A stretch of DNA of 64,000 nt. Origin: Vicugna vicugna. Lineage: Eukaryota. Position 1 is the first letter of the stretch. Each line of letters begins with the position of its first letter. This document shows, in pieces, positions 27,630 through 40,112 of this stretch. The notes below the pieces were generated by a model that saw nothing but the letters and a program-made list of their open reading frames with translations, was not told where the DNA came from and ran no database searches. The position numbers and the translations under genes are program-made. The stretch lies in contig MU058423.1 of assembly GCA_013265495.1 (NCBI GenBank), forward strand, positions 9,719,627 to 9,783,626. The letters are read 5' to 3'.

Positions 27630-28170
27630 TGTAGGGGACCAAACTTTGCCACCCCAAAATGTCTCCATCATGCAGATTATCTCAAGCTGAAAACAAACAA
27701 GGCCCAAAAGACTCAGGAAGGAACTTTAACCTTCCTCTAACTGCCTCAAAAAGCTTTAAATAGATGATCTGTTCCTGGAACAGAGATATCACCAGAGAAT
27801 GGAAAGAATAGGGACTAGGTGTGGTGGAGGAACTCTCGAGATCAGAGTCCACTCTGTCCCATTGTCTCTGCATGGCTCAGAAAGCATTTATTTACCGAAC
27901 ATTTGCTTTTCTATCTCCATATCAAGTGCTCCCTCCTTTTTGAGGTCCGAGATACCTATCCCCAGCCTCCTCTTTTGTCTTTAGTTGGTGATGGTATTTA
28001 AGGTGAGGGTTTTGGCCATTTTGGCAAGTTACTCAGTTTTCCTGGATCTCTCCCATGTATACATTTTATTAAATTTTTCTTTGATTTTTCTCTTGTTAAT
28101 CTTTGTCATGTCAATTTTATTCTTAGACCAGCCAGAAGAAAGGTAGAGGAATATTTCTTCCTCCCCTATG
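27630..28170 (+). mobile_element. ERV1-class solo LTR
   Basis: TGTAGGGG...CCCCTATG termini, perfect TSD CTAC (27626-27629 / 28171-28174), ATTAAA near the 3' end. Confidence 0.9.
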
Positions 28171-30732
28171 CTACTAATGCCAAACAAGTACATGGCCAGG
28201 CCTATTTAGTATGATTATGCTTGAAGTACTATTATGTATGTAATAGCATTATGTCCTATTTAGTATTATTTCATCTGCTCCTAGAAAAGTACCTAGAATA
28301 TAAGTTAAATAATTTATTTTGTTTAAATGCTTTGAAGCCTATCTGTTGCCTCCTACATAAAAGATATCAACTCTAGGGCACTTCTACTGAAAAAAAAAAT
28401 TGCTTTCCCTTCTGTTAAATTATTTCTCAGTTAAAAAAAATTCCTGAAGTTACAATATTGCTATCCTTTTTCAAGAGTTAGTCTGCTTCAAGGAAATAAA
28501 CATCATGGCATGGTTTAATAAAAATAACCTTTCCATAGTCTTTGCAAAAATGACATCACTTGTGAGTATAGATCAACCTAATCTCCTTATCAAGAATATT
28601 TAGTTACTCTTCATCTCTCTCCCCTTTTCTTCCACCCTGGAAAAGTTTTATAGGCTGTAATTTGTAATTTTTGAATTTTTAAAACATGAGTGAATAATTA
28701 TTAGATAGAAACTACAAGATACAACATAACAAGAGCCCTAGAGAGGATCTTCAAGATCTAAGCCTAATATATTTCTAGCAAGGTCTCTTTTGAAGACAAA
28801 AGCCAGAGAGGTTAAGTGGCTGAGCAAGGTCACAGGGAAGGTGAATGATGGCTACACAGCTAAGGCAGCAGAATGTATTTTGTAAAATTTGGAAAAGTGT
28901 CATAGGTAGAAAATTGAAAGAGATAAGAATAGAGAGGTCTTTTCTTCAATGTAACTCAACACTTCTCCCAGAGGAAACAATGTGTGGGAAGAAGAAAAAA
29001 AGTTGCCAGATTAATTCATGTTGATGCGCATTAATCTTTTTTATATTCTAATCATCATCCACTTTATAAATAAGTTCTCCGACTCGGGTATGAATGAGAA
29101 ATATGAATGCGGAAAGAAGCAGACAGATTGAATCCCAGAGTGGGAGAATATGACTTTGACTTATTCGCAGATCTTGTTATTAAAAAGGTAGTTTTCAGTA
29201 GTGTGGATACTCTTTCATCTGAGCAATTTCAGCAACTAACATGGATAAAATCTTAGTCTCAAAAGTTATCACAGGATATGAACAGCCTTTATCTGATGAC
29301 AATACTCATTTACCATTATCATTCATATGAGTTAATTATATCTCTGGAAACAAGAAAATCTCATTGCTTTTTATTTTGGTTTGGTAAAAAAAAAAAATGT
29401 TTTTTCCCTCCTGGAGTTCAAATCTATACTCCTCCTAACATTGGAGAAGAAAATATTTCTTTTTTAGATTTCTCAATATGCTGCCATTTTTTATGAAAAG
29501 AATATAAAATTAAAACTAATACTCAAAAACGTTTCAGTGTAAAAGATCATAGAAGACATCTTCCCACTCAATTAACATCCAAATGATGCAATCACATGGA
29601 GCTTTCCATGTAATTTTCATATGGAAGAGTTTATTCAAGCTGATTAGAGAGAATTTCATATAAAATTTGGAGGATTTTCATAACAAAACATTTATTTTGA
29701 ATAACATGCTAAGAACATTTTTTCTTCATCAGCAGTACTGGTCTTTCAAATGATTCTTTAACTCAAAGTTTTCTTACAAATAGATAAGAAAATTAATTTT
29801 TTAAACCCCACAAGTGGACAGTAATCTCCTTATTACAGCATTATTTTCATGATTTTTTATCTAATGTATGTGAAAAACTTCCCTCTACAGTAATAATATG
29901 TACCCATGGCTTCCTTATTGTTGCACTGGGAATAAAGTTAAAATGAATATTGTTTCTATAAAGATATCTTTAAGGAAATACAAATGAATAGGGCATTTTG
30001 AAATTTGGAAATTCAGGAACGTGTGGTTAGGAACAGGTCAGTAGAGAAAACCTCTTTGTAAAGTAGATTTCAGATGCTGGCAATTCATAAATACATATCA
30101 AGCCAAAACCATTATAATTTTGGATCCCAGATGGAAGTTGTTTATGAACAACTAGAGAACATCCAGCTATTTATAGAACAGAAAATCACTAACACTTGAA
30201 AAACAAAAAAGCAATTACTGTATCTCCAACCGTGTAATGACCATGTTAGACAGAAGAATCACAAATTTAGCTTCATCATTCTTGAATCAAAAGCTGGATT
30301 GTAGAGATTATGGCTGCGTTTGGAAAATTAGAGAAAAATAACACTTTCAGAATTATAACACAAAAAGACAATTAAAGCTGGTACCATTATTCTCCAGAAC
30401 AATAAAGTTCCATTTTGGAAAAGATATAAAAGTCATCAGAGGAATATGAAAATAAAATTAATTCGATGACAAAACATTCTTCTCTGTTTCTATCTCTCCT
30501 CCCTGAATGGTAGATGTCTTTTATAACCTCCTTTTATTTTTAATTTTCATTTTTCTTCAGAGTCACAATTTCCATCACTTTTTAGTATTCATTCATTTTT
30601 TTCTTCATACATTCTTTGTAGTTATCAGGTGATCTTCCATTATACTTTCCCCCTCCATTCCTCCCTTCCTGCCTTTTTTTTTTTACTTTTCTATTTTTTC
30701 CTGTGTGTCTCTGGAAGTACCACCATTGGAAG

Positions 30733-31294
30733 TGTTGAGGAGGAAGACATTTTCTTCTGCTTTTCTAGGTTCTTCTGGCTGTTCTAAGAATTAAACTGAC
30801 ATGAGACAGATTAACAGAAGAAAATCAAAGAAAAGTTTAATAACATGTATGTATGGGAGAGACCCAGGAGAACTGGGTAACTTGCCAAAATAGCAGAAAA
30901 CCTCAGGTTAAATACCATCTTCAGCTAAAGATAGAAGAGGAGAGTAGGGGTAGTAGTTTGGGACTTCGGAGGGGAGAAAATCAATTCACATGCAGATGAA
31001 AAACCAAATATTTGGTAAACATGTTTCTTGAGACATGCAGAGACAATGGGGCACAGAATGGACTCTGATCTCCAGACCCTGCTGAGTTTTCCCTGCCACA
31101 CCTCCCCCACATTCTTTGCATAGATCTTTGGTAATAGCTTTATTTCTGCAACAGGCCCTTTATCTAAATTCTTTTAGGCAGTTAAAGAGGCAACAAGAAA
31201 AACTTCCTGAATCTTTTGTTTCTTAAAAATAATCAGCCTAGATTAATTCTCATGCCAAAGAGACACACTTTGGGGTGACAAATTTTGTTTTCCA
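30733..31294 (-). mobile_element. ERV1-class solo LTR, same family as 27630-28170
   Basis: The reverse complement shares gagatcagagtcca...ccattgtctctgcatg and the 3' ttcttagaacagccagaagaa block with the 27630 copy. Confidence 0.85.
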
Positions 31295-31500
31295 ATTTTT
31301 TGGATACAATTTTTCATTCAAAAGAAAGAAGAACTTTGTAAATCTGAGCATTATCTAAAATGGACACAAACAACTTTTCTGGTAATGACCGCCTCACCTT
31401 AAGAGATATGTAAGAAGACGGAGAGCTGCTTATCTGAAAAATTGTACAGCAATCTTACATTAAATAGAAGATTGAATTAAATGACCTCTAAATTCCATTT

Positions 31501-31977
31501 TGTAGCTTGAAATAAATGTACAGCCTGAAAGTTGAGAGGTATGTTTTATTTGGCAGACATCACTGAGGACTCGAACCACTCAGAGCCCGGGATGACAGCC
31601 TCTCAGATGGCTCTGAGGGACTGCTCCAAAGGGGTAGGGGAGGAGCTACAATGTATAGGAGCTTTACAACAAAGACCACGTAGTTGGAACATTAAAAGAT
31701 TACTTGTTAACTAAAGAAAACCAAGCATCTCAAGTAAAGAATTTAGCACTTTTCTGCGTATGGGAGGAAGCAAACATTTGGCCTCATTGAATTCATTCCT
31801 TTGACAAGCACCTAGCCATCTGGGGCCAGTATCTTGCCCTCAGGGTGCAGCATTGTGAGTGGCTGCAGAGGCCGGGCTGCAGGCTTGTCTTCACTAGGGG
31901 GTGGGGCAGCCGCTGATGACTTGATGGCTTCAGCATTCCTTGTTTACTGATACGGCTTGCAATATTTTTTGTTCACA
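31501..31977 (-). mobile_element. ERV1-class solo LTR (related to 21579 copy)
   Basis: TG...CA ends. Shares ttatttgg...tgaggact and tttagcacttttct motifs with the 21579 LTR. Confidence 0.8.
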
Positions 31978-32529
31978 TTTTCAGCACTTAGATGATATAT
32001 TTCTACAATTCTTTCCTTGGCCAAAGCAGGTCAAAGCACCTCCCAGGATGCTGTCCCACTCAGCAGTGTTCACAGAGGTAAATGTTTATTCATGACCGTC
32101 TTTTCCTTGCTTAGAAAAGCGGGAAAATCTTCGCCCAAGACGCCTGAACAAGCACGTGATCACGCTCAGGTTAATTCCATTTTCTTTCTGTTCTGCGTTT
32201 CCATTTGATCATCCTCTTCGTTCTTTCTCTTGCTTTATTCCCTTTCTTGCCATGGGCCCATCTCCTCTGCCTCCCCCTCTTCTCACTCTGTTCTCTTTTT
32301 TATCTTTTTTCCCTTTACTCTTTGTCCCATCCTTTTCGTTTTCGCATTCCTGTTCTTGCCGATTGTCGCCCAGAGAAGGCTGGTTTTAGGCCTTGCCATT
32401 CAGTCCCAAGGCTCAGAAGCAGTTCGTCACTAGAGAAGGAAAGGAGATACCCCCTGGCCTCTTTCAGAAATGAAAATGACTTCTCAAGCCTCCCACGCCC
32501 CCTCCTACCATCCCCTTCCCCCGTTAAAT

Positions 32530-32860
32530 ATTGATGGCACCACACTAGCCGTCTGCTAAGGTGACTCTGGTTGGCACTCTGCAGAGGCCAGGGGAGCGGT
32601 AGGTGCAGTCGCAGGTAAGAGACATCAGACATCTTTTCCGTCTATCTGTTACTTGCTCCTCTATCCCTGCGCGTCAGGCTTGCCAAGGACCGAAAACCCC
32701 AAGCGCGTGTCCGTAGGTCTGCTGCCCAGGGAGAAGTTCCGCTTCCCGCGTGAGCTGTGAATTTGTCTGATGCTGATCAGCACATGCACGGGCTGCAATG
32801 GCAGCGGGAGGAAAGGTCGAGCCCGACTCGCCAGGTGGGGTGGCCAGGAATCTAGGTACT
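32530..32860 (+). promoter_or_regulatory. CpG-enriched segment with strong + strand splice donor (candidate alternative first exon ending 32614)
   Basis: CAG|GTAAGA at 32614/32615, followed by CpG-rich sequence at 32660-32835. Confidence 0.4.
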
Positions 32861-33583
32861 GATGTCTCGATGCTTCTGAGTTGGACAAAGAAAACACATT
32901 TGGTGTGGGGTCCCCTGCTTCCAAACGTTACTTATTTATACCACATCCTGATGAACTAAAGCTGTGGCTGCCTCGCTCTCTGGGTTGATGATGCCCAGAA
33001 TCAGGGCAGTGTGCTTTCTGAATTTCAGTGCGGCTCCATCAGGTCCTGGAGAATTATGAAACAGCTGAGTGCTTCAGTGTGTACCACTTAATTATGTGCC
33101 ACATGTAATTTCAGAGCAGTCCTATTTATAGCAGAACTTTATTTTTAAAAAGCTTATATTTCAGAGTAGGAGGCGATGCAAATCATTTTAGGTCCCGTAA
33201 TGAGGCTTAAAATGTGACTCAACGGAGCTGTAAAATTGGCCGGCTCTTCAAATGGGTCACATTCAGATCAAGATGGCAAAGAGGACATTCATGGCATAAA
33301 CACAAGCTCAGGATTTGAAAATTGGAGATTTCTCTTGGTCTGCGGATGTGTGAGTGTGTGCATGTGTGCTGTGGGAGGTGTGGGGGGGTGGGAGGGGTGT
33401 GTTTTGTGGACAGGTGGTTATTTATTAGTGGTAAAGATAGATAAGTCACAAGAAATTCAGGGCATATAAATGTCAAACAAGGTCAGATTGGGTCAAATGC
33501 GTATTCAGAATGCAGACCCAAGTGGGAAAGACGTGAATGAGAGCAGGGCAGGCGTAGCAAAGATCAGCGAGCTGAAGTGCAGG

Positions 33584-33663
33584 GGGCGGGGCTCGGCTGG
33601 GTGTCAATCATGAAACAGCAAGCGGGCGGGGCTCGGCTGGGTGTCAATCACGAAACAGCAAGC
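33584..33663 (+). repeat. 40-bp tandem duplication (2 copies, 1 mismatch)
   Basis: gggcggggctcggctgggtgtcaatca(t/c)gaaacagcaagc at 33584-33623 and 33624-33663. Confidence 0.95.
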
Positions 33664-33929
33664 GGGTGGGGGAGGGGAGAGCCCAGGTCTCTGGGCTGCA
33701 AAGGCCAAAGTGGGGGGGAGGTGGGAGAGGTGGCAGCTGAGTTATTAGAAGGTTTTGGTTTCTTGGAAGCGCAATGACTTAGCTTTCCGGCTTTGGCGTG
33801 ATGTGCAGTGTGACCGAAATGTCCCTGTTTTCTTTTCTTTCCCGTCACTAAGCGAAGACAAGAATGAAAGAGGCTTGTCAATACTTTGGGGGACCTAGGA
33901 GTGTACAACATGGTCTCAAAATGCCTGCT

Positions 33930-34410
33930 GACTGATGACGTGCGGTCCTCTCTCCCTTCCCCTTCTCCGTGCCCGCCTGCCCCACCCCCTGCCCTCGGAC
34001 CCTGATCCCAGTCTCTACCAACAACTCAGCCGGAAACGCAGAGGCCGCGCGGGCCTCAGCGTCGACCGCACACGCCCGGGCCTGGCTGACTCGGGGCCCA
34101 GGCCTGTGTCGGTGAGCAAAGGTCGCCAGGGAAAGCAGTCCCAGCGGCACGGTCATGCGTGGGAGCAAAGCGCCTCGCTTTCCGGGCCTGGCTGTTGCGC
34201 GGAGGACGTGCAGCGGCAACGCTTCCCGCCTTTCGGCGCTGCTCTCGCACTGACGTCCTGCTGCCTTCTGCTCGCGGCCTCGGCCCTCCCGCCTGCCTCC
34301 GGGCTCGCGCCCGGCTTCCGACCCAGGCTGCGGGGCAGCCCCGCGTCCGAGCTGTACGCCCGCTCCCCGGGCCGCCAGTCTCCCCTCGGCGCCCTCACCC
34401 TCCTGCCTGA
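33930..34410. promoter_or_regulatory. CpG island / promoter, candidate + strand non-coding first exon ending 34111
   Basis: Very high GC and CpG content. CRE-like TGACGT at 33936 and 34251, ETS CCGGAA at 34030-34035, donor TCG|GTGAGC at 34111/34112. Confidence 0.8.
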
Positions 34411-34775
34411 CAAAGCACATACATGCTCATGGCAAGGGGAAAAAAAATCTTTGGCAACCAAACAGTAGCCAAAAGATTAAAGAAATCTATTCTCAAGCTC
34501 TAGCACAACACACTCTGAAAATAACAATGAAAAGCCTGAATTTAATCCAAGGGTCCACAGCAAAATATCACTTTTTGAAATTAAAAAAATGCCATTAGAT
34601 ACAGTCTCAAGGCCTAGGGTAGTGCTTTGAAAGGACTGAATTGAATCTTGTGGGTTGTTATTAACTAGTTAGTTCTGATTACTTTGTTTCTGTTACTACT
34701 GATGAAAGAGAGTATTAATCTGAATATTAGTGTATAAATTAGATTATTGTCATAAATATCACTATTATCAATAAA

Positions 34776-34843
34776 TGACTGAAATGTTATGCTGTACACC
34801 AGAAATGGACACATTGTAAACTGACTATATTTCAATTAAAAAA
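34776..34843 (+). mobile_element. Extremely truncated L1 3' end
   Basis: gactgaaatgttatgctgtacaccagaaatggacacattgtaaactgactata plus A-tail, the same sequence as the 48354 element end. taaatga flanks both sides. Confidence 0.75.
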
Positions 34844-37658
34844 CTAAATGAATGAATAATCATATGGTCATAACAAGAGTTACCAGTAATAGTGGTAGCA
34901 TTTTATTTATTTAGGGATTATAAATTCCGTGAGAGCAGGGCCTGTGTGTAATAGGAGCTTAATAAGTATTTATGGAATGCTAGGTGATTTTTCACATATG
35001 GGCTGTCCTGGTCCTCTCAGCGATTCAAGGATCCTGTCTCATTCATACTTAAATCTTTCACATGCTTGCTGCTGCTACTGGTAAATGGTAGAAATTTAGC
35101 AAAGACTTGTTGGCTGACGGATTGGTAGGGCAGGTGTTAACATGTGCTCTGCGAATTCACAACGTGCATCTGTGGCCTGACCAGCAACTGACTGACCACA
35201 ACTTTCTATAGGAAGCAAATATCATCACTCCTACAGTGAAGAGATAGAAGATTATGTATTTTTGATGAAATATATGTAAACTCTAATCCTAAGCCAATCT
35301 TGGACCTCGATATTGACAAGCCTTTATGTGAAGATTGCTGGAAAGGCACAGTTTTCTTGTACTATTTATGTATTTATGGAACATTGAGATTGGAGAAGCA
35401 ATAGTTGTGTACCAAGAGGAATTTTGCCTAAGGACTGACATCCAACAGATTTGGCATTCACACTTGGAATGGTTAATCAGTTTGGCCATGGATTATGGGG
35501 ACACTTCCTGGAGTTTTGATGATGTTTGCTAAAGTAAAGAATTCCAAATACATTTGAAGTTATCTAAGCTACTGTGGGTATTTCTGTCATCCTTCAGAGA
35601 ATTCCCAGAGGAGATGCTAGAACACCTGTAGGAGCAGTGACAAGGACAAACACTTGTGTGAGCAACTTTTTAAGCTCTGATGCCTTCACCAGCAAATCTG
35701 AAAAAATAAGGCATGCACTACTTACCTCCGATGTCCTTGGGAAGGACAGTGGACACACTCTATAGATTAGAAAGCACTCTGCAGGTGTAAGTTGCTATTA
35801 TTATTCTTACCTGTAAAATAGAGGTCACTATTGCTCATCTCTCTTAAAACGTTGGTTTGAGAATTAAATGAGATAGTGCGGGAAAATATTTGAGGAGGAC
35901 AAGATGCTTTAAGCTGGATAATGAAACTGTTACTAAGATGTCCTCTTCAAGGACATCAGTATCTCTTTCTCATGACTAAAAATGTAGTTCTTTCTACAGA
36001 GATGCAGGGCACTGGCACAAATAAAGTAATTATCACCATTATGTGCTCTTTGATTGAGTGCTACATGCTGCTTCTTCCATATCAATTCTCTGTGAAGCAA
36101 TAGATGTGTTACCAAAAATGCCATCAGAGTTATTAAACTCATGTGCCAAATAAGATACCTGTTTGCTCAGCATCACTGATGCTTTTTAAAGAGTTGCTAA
36201 CTGCAAAAGCTGTCTCTTTAGACCATAAATCATTGTAATTGGAACTTTGGAAACACTCAGGTAGCTAGAATGATGAATAAAGCGCAGTTGGAGAGTTTCA
36301 AGTATGGCATTTGTGTTTTCCCTAAAGCCTTTCTTAGGAGAAACTGGGAAGTCAGACAGTATCTACAACACACATATGTCTTAAGAAATCCAATTGCTTA
36401 TCAGAGATTCTTTTTTTTAGCAACTAGAAAGTTCTTTCATGAATAGATTTCAATTTGCCACAAATGTAGACAACAAACTTGGTTTGATTATATGGTATCT
36501 TTCCCAAGTCAGGCTGACCCTCCAATTTTGAGAAGCAAATATTTGACACTGTTTGTGTTATCCGTGCCTCCGCCATCCTCACTGGTGCTGAGCCTGCCAG
36601 CAGGTTTTTCATTCTGAGGTCTTTGGAAAGAGCAGCGAAAAAGTCAGAACCAGTTTTGTTTGCTTGTTCAGAGATTCGGCAAGGAACAGGAGGAGAAATA
36701 AGTTCACTTGTGTTACCTTTCTCACGCAGTGTTCCTACCTGTCAGACTTGGCAATAGGAGGGGCTGACCTTCATACTCTCTTCCCGACACATTCAGTTCA
36801 GTGGTTTAACAACAAAATCCCTGTTGAAAAGGATAAAAATTATGGAGACAAATATGGCGTGATAGACAATGGCGTCAAGTGTCTGAAAACACCTTTTTTT
36901 AAGCAGAGAGTGTCCACCTCAACTCCTGGTCTCTTCTAAAAGCATCATTCAAGGGACCAAGAGCACTTTGCCTCTTCAGATCTGAGGAACAAGCCTAAGT
37001 TTTCCTTTCCAATGACTTTTGAGAATCAGCACAATTATACAGTGTATTGAAATGACTTTGCAACTGAATTGAGATCCTTTGTGAATAAACTACGTGGAAG
37101 TAGACAAATTTTAGATTGACAGCATCACTGGAGTTAGTATCACCAAGTAAGGTTGACTTTCTTTACTCTGCTAGGTAATACCCATCACTGCTTCTTCCCC
37201 TGCTCAGGACCCTTTCTGGGTTGGTGCCAGCAATAGGGAAATCTCATAACCTACCCCTGATACCTCTAAGCCGGCTAGTTTTATCTTCAAATCCTTGGTC
37301 TAGAGTGTCCTGAAACTTTTACTTATCTGCAGGCATTTCATTGGATGGGCAAGGTAAACTTTATCAGTTCTTTCTTTTCCTAAGATTCATTACTCCCCCC
37401 AGACTTTGTATTTCCCAGTCTCTTCTTTATCGCTTTTTCCCACTGTGCCTCTTTAGGGCCTCTGTTCCACATCAAGCCACACACTCAACCTGCTTCCTCC
37501 AGTCCAGAGGCTGCCTTTTCACTTACTGACAATTGCAAAGTTAACATTCCATTAACATGTAGATGACTCTGGTCAGAGCTGCACACACTAAACATATATT
37601 TGAAGATCAGGGTTAGCCAACACATAAGGTACCAACATGTACCACACAGGAGGGAGAA

Positions 37659-38550
37659 CGTTTCTTTCCACTTATCTGTGTCTTCTTTAATTTCTTTCAG
37701 CAATGTTTTGCAGTTTTCATTGTACAAATCTTTCTCCTCCTTGATTAAATTTATGCCTATATGTTTTACTCTTTTTGATGCTGTTTGAATGGATTGTTTG
37801 CTTAATTTCCTTTTAAGATAGTTTGTTGTTAGGGTATATAAATGCAACTGATTTTTGTATGTTGCTTTTACATCCTGCAACTTTGTTGAATTCATTTATT
37901 AGTTCTAATGGTTTTGGTGGGGAATCTTTAGGGTTATATCATTTACAAACATAATTTTGTTTCTTCTCTGATTTGAATGGTTATTATTTCCTTTTCTTGC
38001 CTAATTGCTCTAGCTGGGACTTCCAATATTATGTTGAATAGAAGTGTTGAGAGTCAGCATCCTTGATTTGCTCCTGATCTCAGAGGAAAAACTTTCAGTT
38101 TTTCACTGTTGAGTATGATATTAGCTACAGGCTTTTCATAAATAACTCTTACTATGTTGAGGTAATTTCCTCTATCCCTAGTTTGTTGAATGTTTTCATC
38201 ATGAATTAGTGTTGAATTTTGTCAAATGCTTTTTTCTGCATCTATTGAAATGACCATTTTTTATCCTCCATTCTGTTACCGTGGTGTAACACATTGATTG
38301 ACTTGCATATGTGAAAAAGTCCTTGCATCCCTGTGATAAATTTCACTGGACAGGGTGCATGATCCTTTTAAAATGCTGTTGAATTTTGTTTGCTAGTGTT
38401 TTATTAGGGATTTTCACATATATTTTCATCAAGGATATTGGCCTGTAGGTTTGTTTTCTTGTAGTGTCTTCAGCTTTGGGTAATGCTTGCCTCATAAAAT
38501 GAGGTTGAAAGTGCTCCCTCTTTTTCAGTTTTTTGGGATGGGTTTGACAA
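37659..38550 (-). mobile_element. L1 ORF2 segment, inverted 5' part of the 37659-40112 insertion
   Basis: The minus-strand translation GINLIKEEKDLYNENCKTLLKEIKEDTDKWK is an L1 ORF2 motif. Confidence 0.9.
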
Positions 38551-40112
38551 TTATTTAAATGTCCATACTATACCCAAAACAATCTATAGATTCAATGCAA
38601 TTTCTATAAAAATTCCAACAACATTTTTTTCAGAAATAAACAAAAACAATTGTAACATAAACCACAAAGGACCCTGAATAGCAGAACAATTTTGAGAGAA
38701 ACGAGCAAAGCTAGAGGTCTCATGCTTGCTGACTTCAAAACATACTACAAAGCTAAAGTAATCAAAGCGGTATAATATCAGTGTAAATAAAATAGAATAG
38801 AGATCCCAGAAATAAATCCATGCATATACAGTCAAATGATCTCTGATAAGCGTTCCAAAACTACACAACGGGGATAGGATGGTCCTTTCAACAAATGGTG
38901 TTGAGAATATCCACATGCAAAAGAGTGAAACTGGACCCTCGTCTTACACCATACACAAAATAAATCCAAAATGGATTAAAGACTTAAGGGTAGGACCTGA
39001 AATTATAAAACTAGAAGAAAACATAGAGGAAAAACTTGATGACATCGGTCTTGGCAATAATTTCTTGGCTCACACAAGCAACGAAAGTAAAAATAGGCAA
39101 GTGAGACTATAACGAAATAAAAACCTTCTGCATGAAGGAAAAGAAACAATCAACAGAGTTAAAAGGCAGCCTGTAGGATGGGAGAAAATATTTGCAAACC
39201 ACATATATCTGATAAGGGGTTGATATAAAAAAAATAAGGAATTCTTACAATTTAATAGCAAAAAACCAAACAGCCTGATTTTAAAATGAGCAAAAGACTT
39301 GAATAAACATTTCTCAAAGAAGACATACAAGTGGCCACAGGATATATGAAGAGGTGTTCAACATTACCCGTCATCAGGGAAATGCAAATCAAAACCACGG
39401 TCAGATAGTCATCACACCTGTAAGGGCGGCCATTTTCAAAATCATAGAAAACAACAAGTGTTGGAAAGGATGGAGAAAAATTGAAACCCCTGTGCATTGT
39501 TGTTAGGAATGTAAAATGGTGTAGCCACCATGGACAACAGTATGAAGGTTGTTAAACAAATTAAAAATAGAACTACCATATGATTCAGAATCCCAATTCA
39601 GGGAACATATCAAGGAAAACAACTGAACACAGGATCTCAGAGAGATGTTTGCATTCCCACTTTCATTGCAGCATTACTTGCAATAGCCAAGAAATGGAAA
39701 AAAACTAAATGTCCATTGATGGATGAATGGATAAAGGAAATGTGGTATATACATTAACAAAGTAGAAAATCCTGTCATATTGCTACAGCAGGGATGAAAC
39801 TTGAGGACATTATGCTAAGTGAAATTAACCAGGCACAGAGAGACACATACTGCATGATTACGCTTATATGAGGTGTCCAACATAGTCACAGAAGCAGAGA
39901 GGAGAATGGTGGTGTCCAGGGGCTAGGGGGAGGGAGAGATGGGCAGTTATTTTTTATTGGGTGTAGAGTTTATGTCATGTAGAATGAAAACGTTACAGCG
40001 ATCTGCTTACAACAACATGCATATGGTTAACAATATCGCACTGTACTCTTAAACATTTGTTGTAAGGAGATCTCATATTATGTGTTTGGTTTTTTTTTAA
40101 TACAATTAAAAG
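38551..40112 (+). mobile_element. L1 3' part (L1MA10/L1MB-like), ORF2 C-terminus plus 3' UTR
   Basis: Starts at the MSILPK-IYRFNAI-equivalent sequence, continues through KINPKWIKDL, and ends in an L1M 3' UTR and A-rich tail. Frameshifted. Confidence 0.9.

Noticed and set aside
27630..31977. Possible provirus bounded by LTR pairs
   Set aside because: The related LTRs are in opposite orientation or have their own TSDs. No PBS, gag, pol or env sequence was recognised between them.
33584..33663. CRISPR-like direct repeats (also 53561-53623, 27483-27534)
   Set aside because: Only two adjacent copies, no unique spacers, no cas genes, and the DNA is mammalian.
33878..34468. Longest ORFs (180 aa minus, 177 aa plus)
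   Set aside because: They overlap on both strands of the CpG island and are Arg/Gly/Ala/Pro-rich with no recognisable domain, as expected from stop-poor GC-rich DNA.
37485..39497. ORFs with protein-like content
   Set aside because: They are decayed L1 ORF2 fragments or their antisense frames, not host genes.
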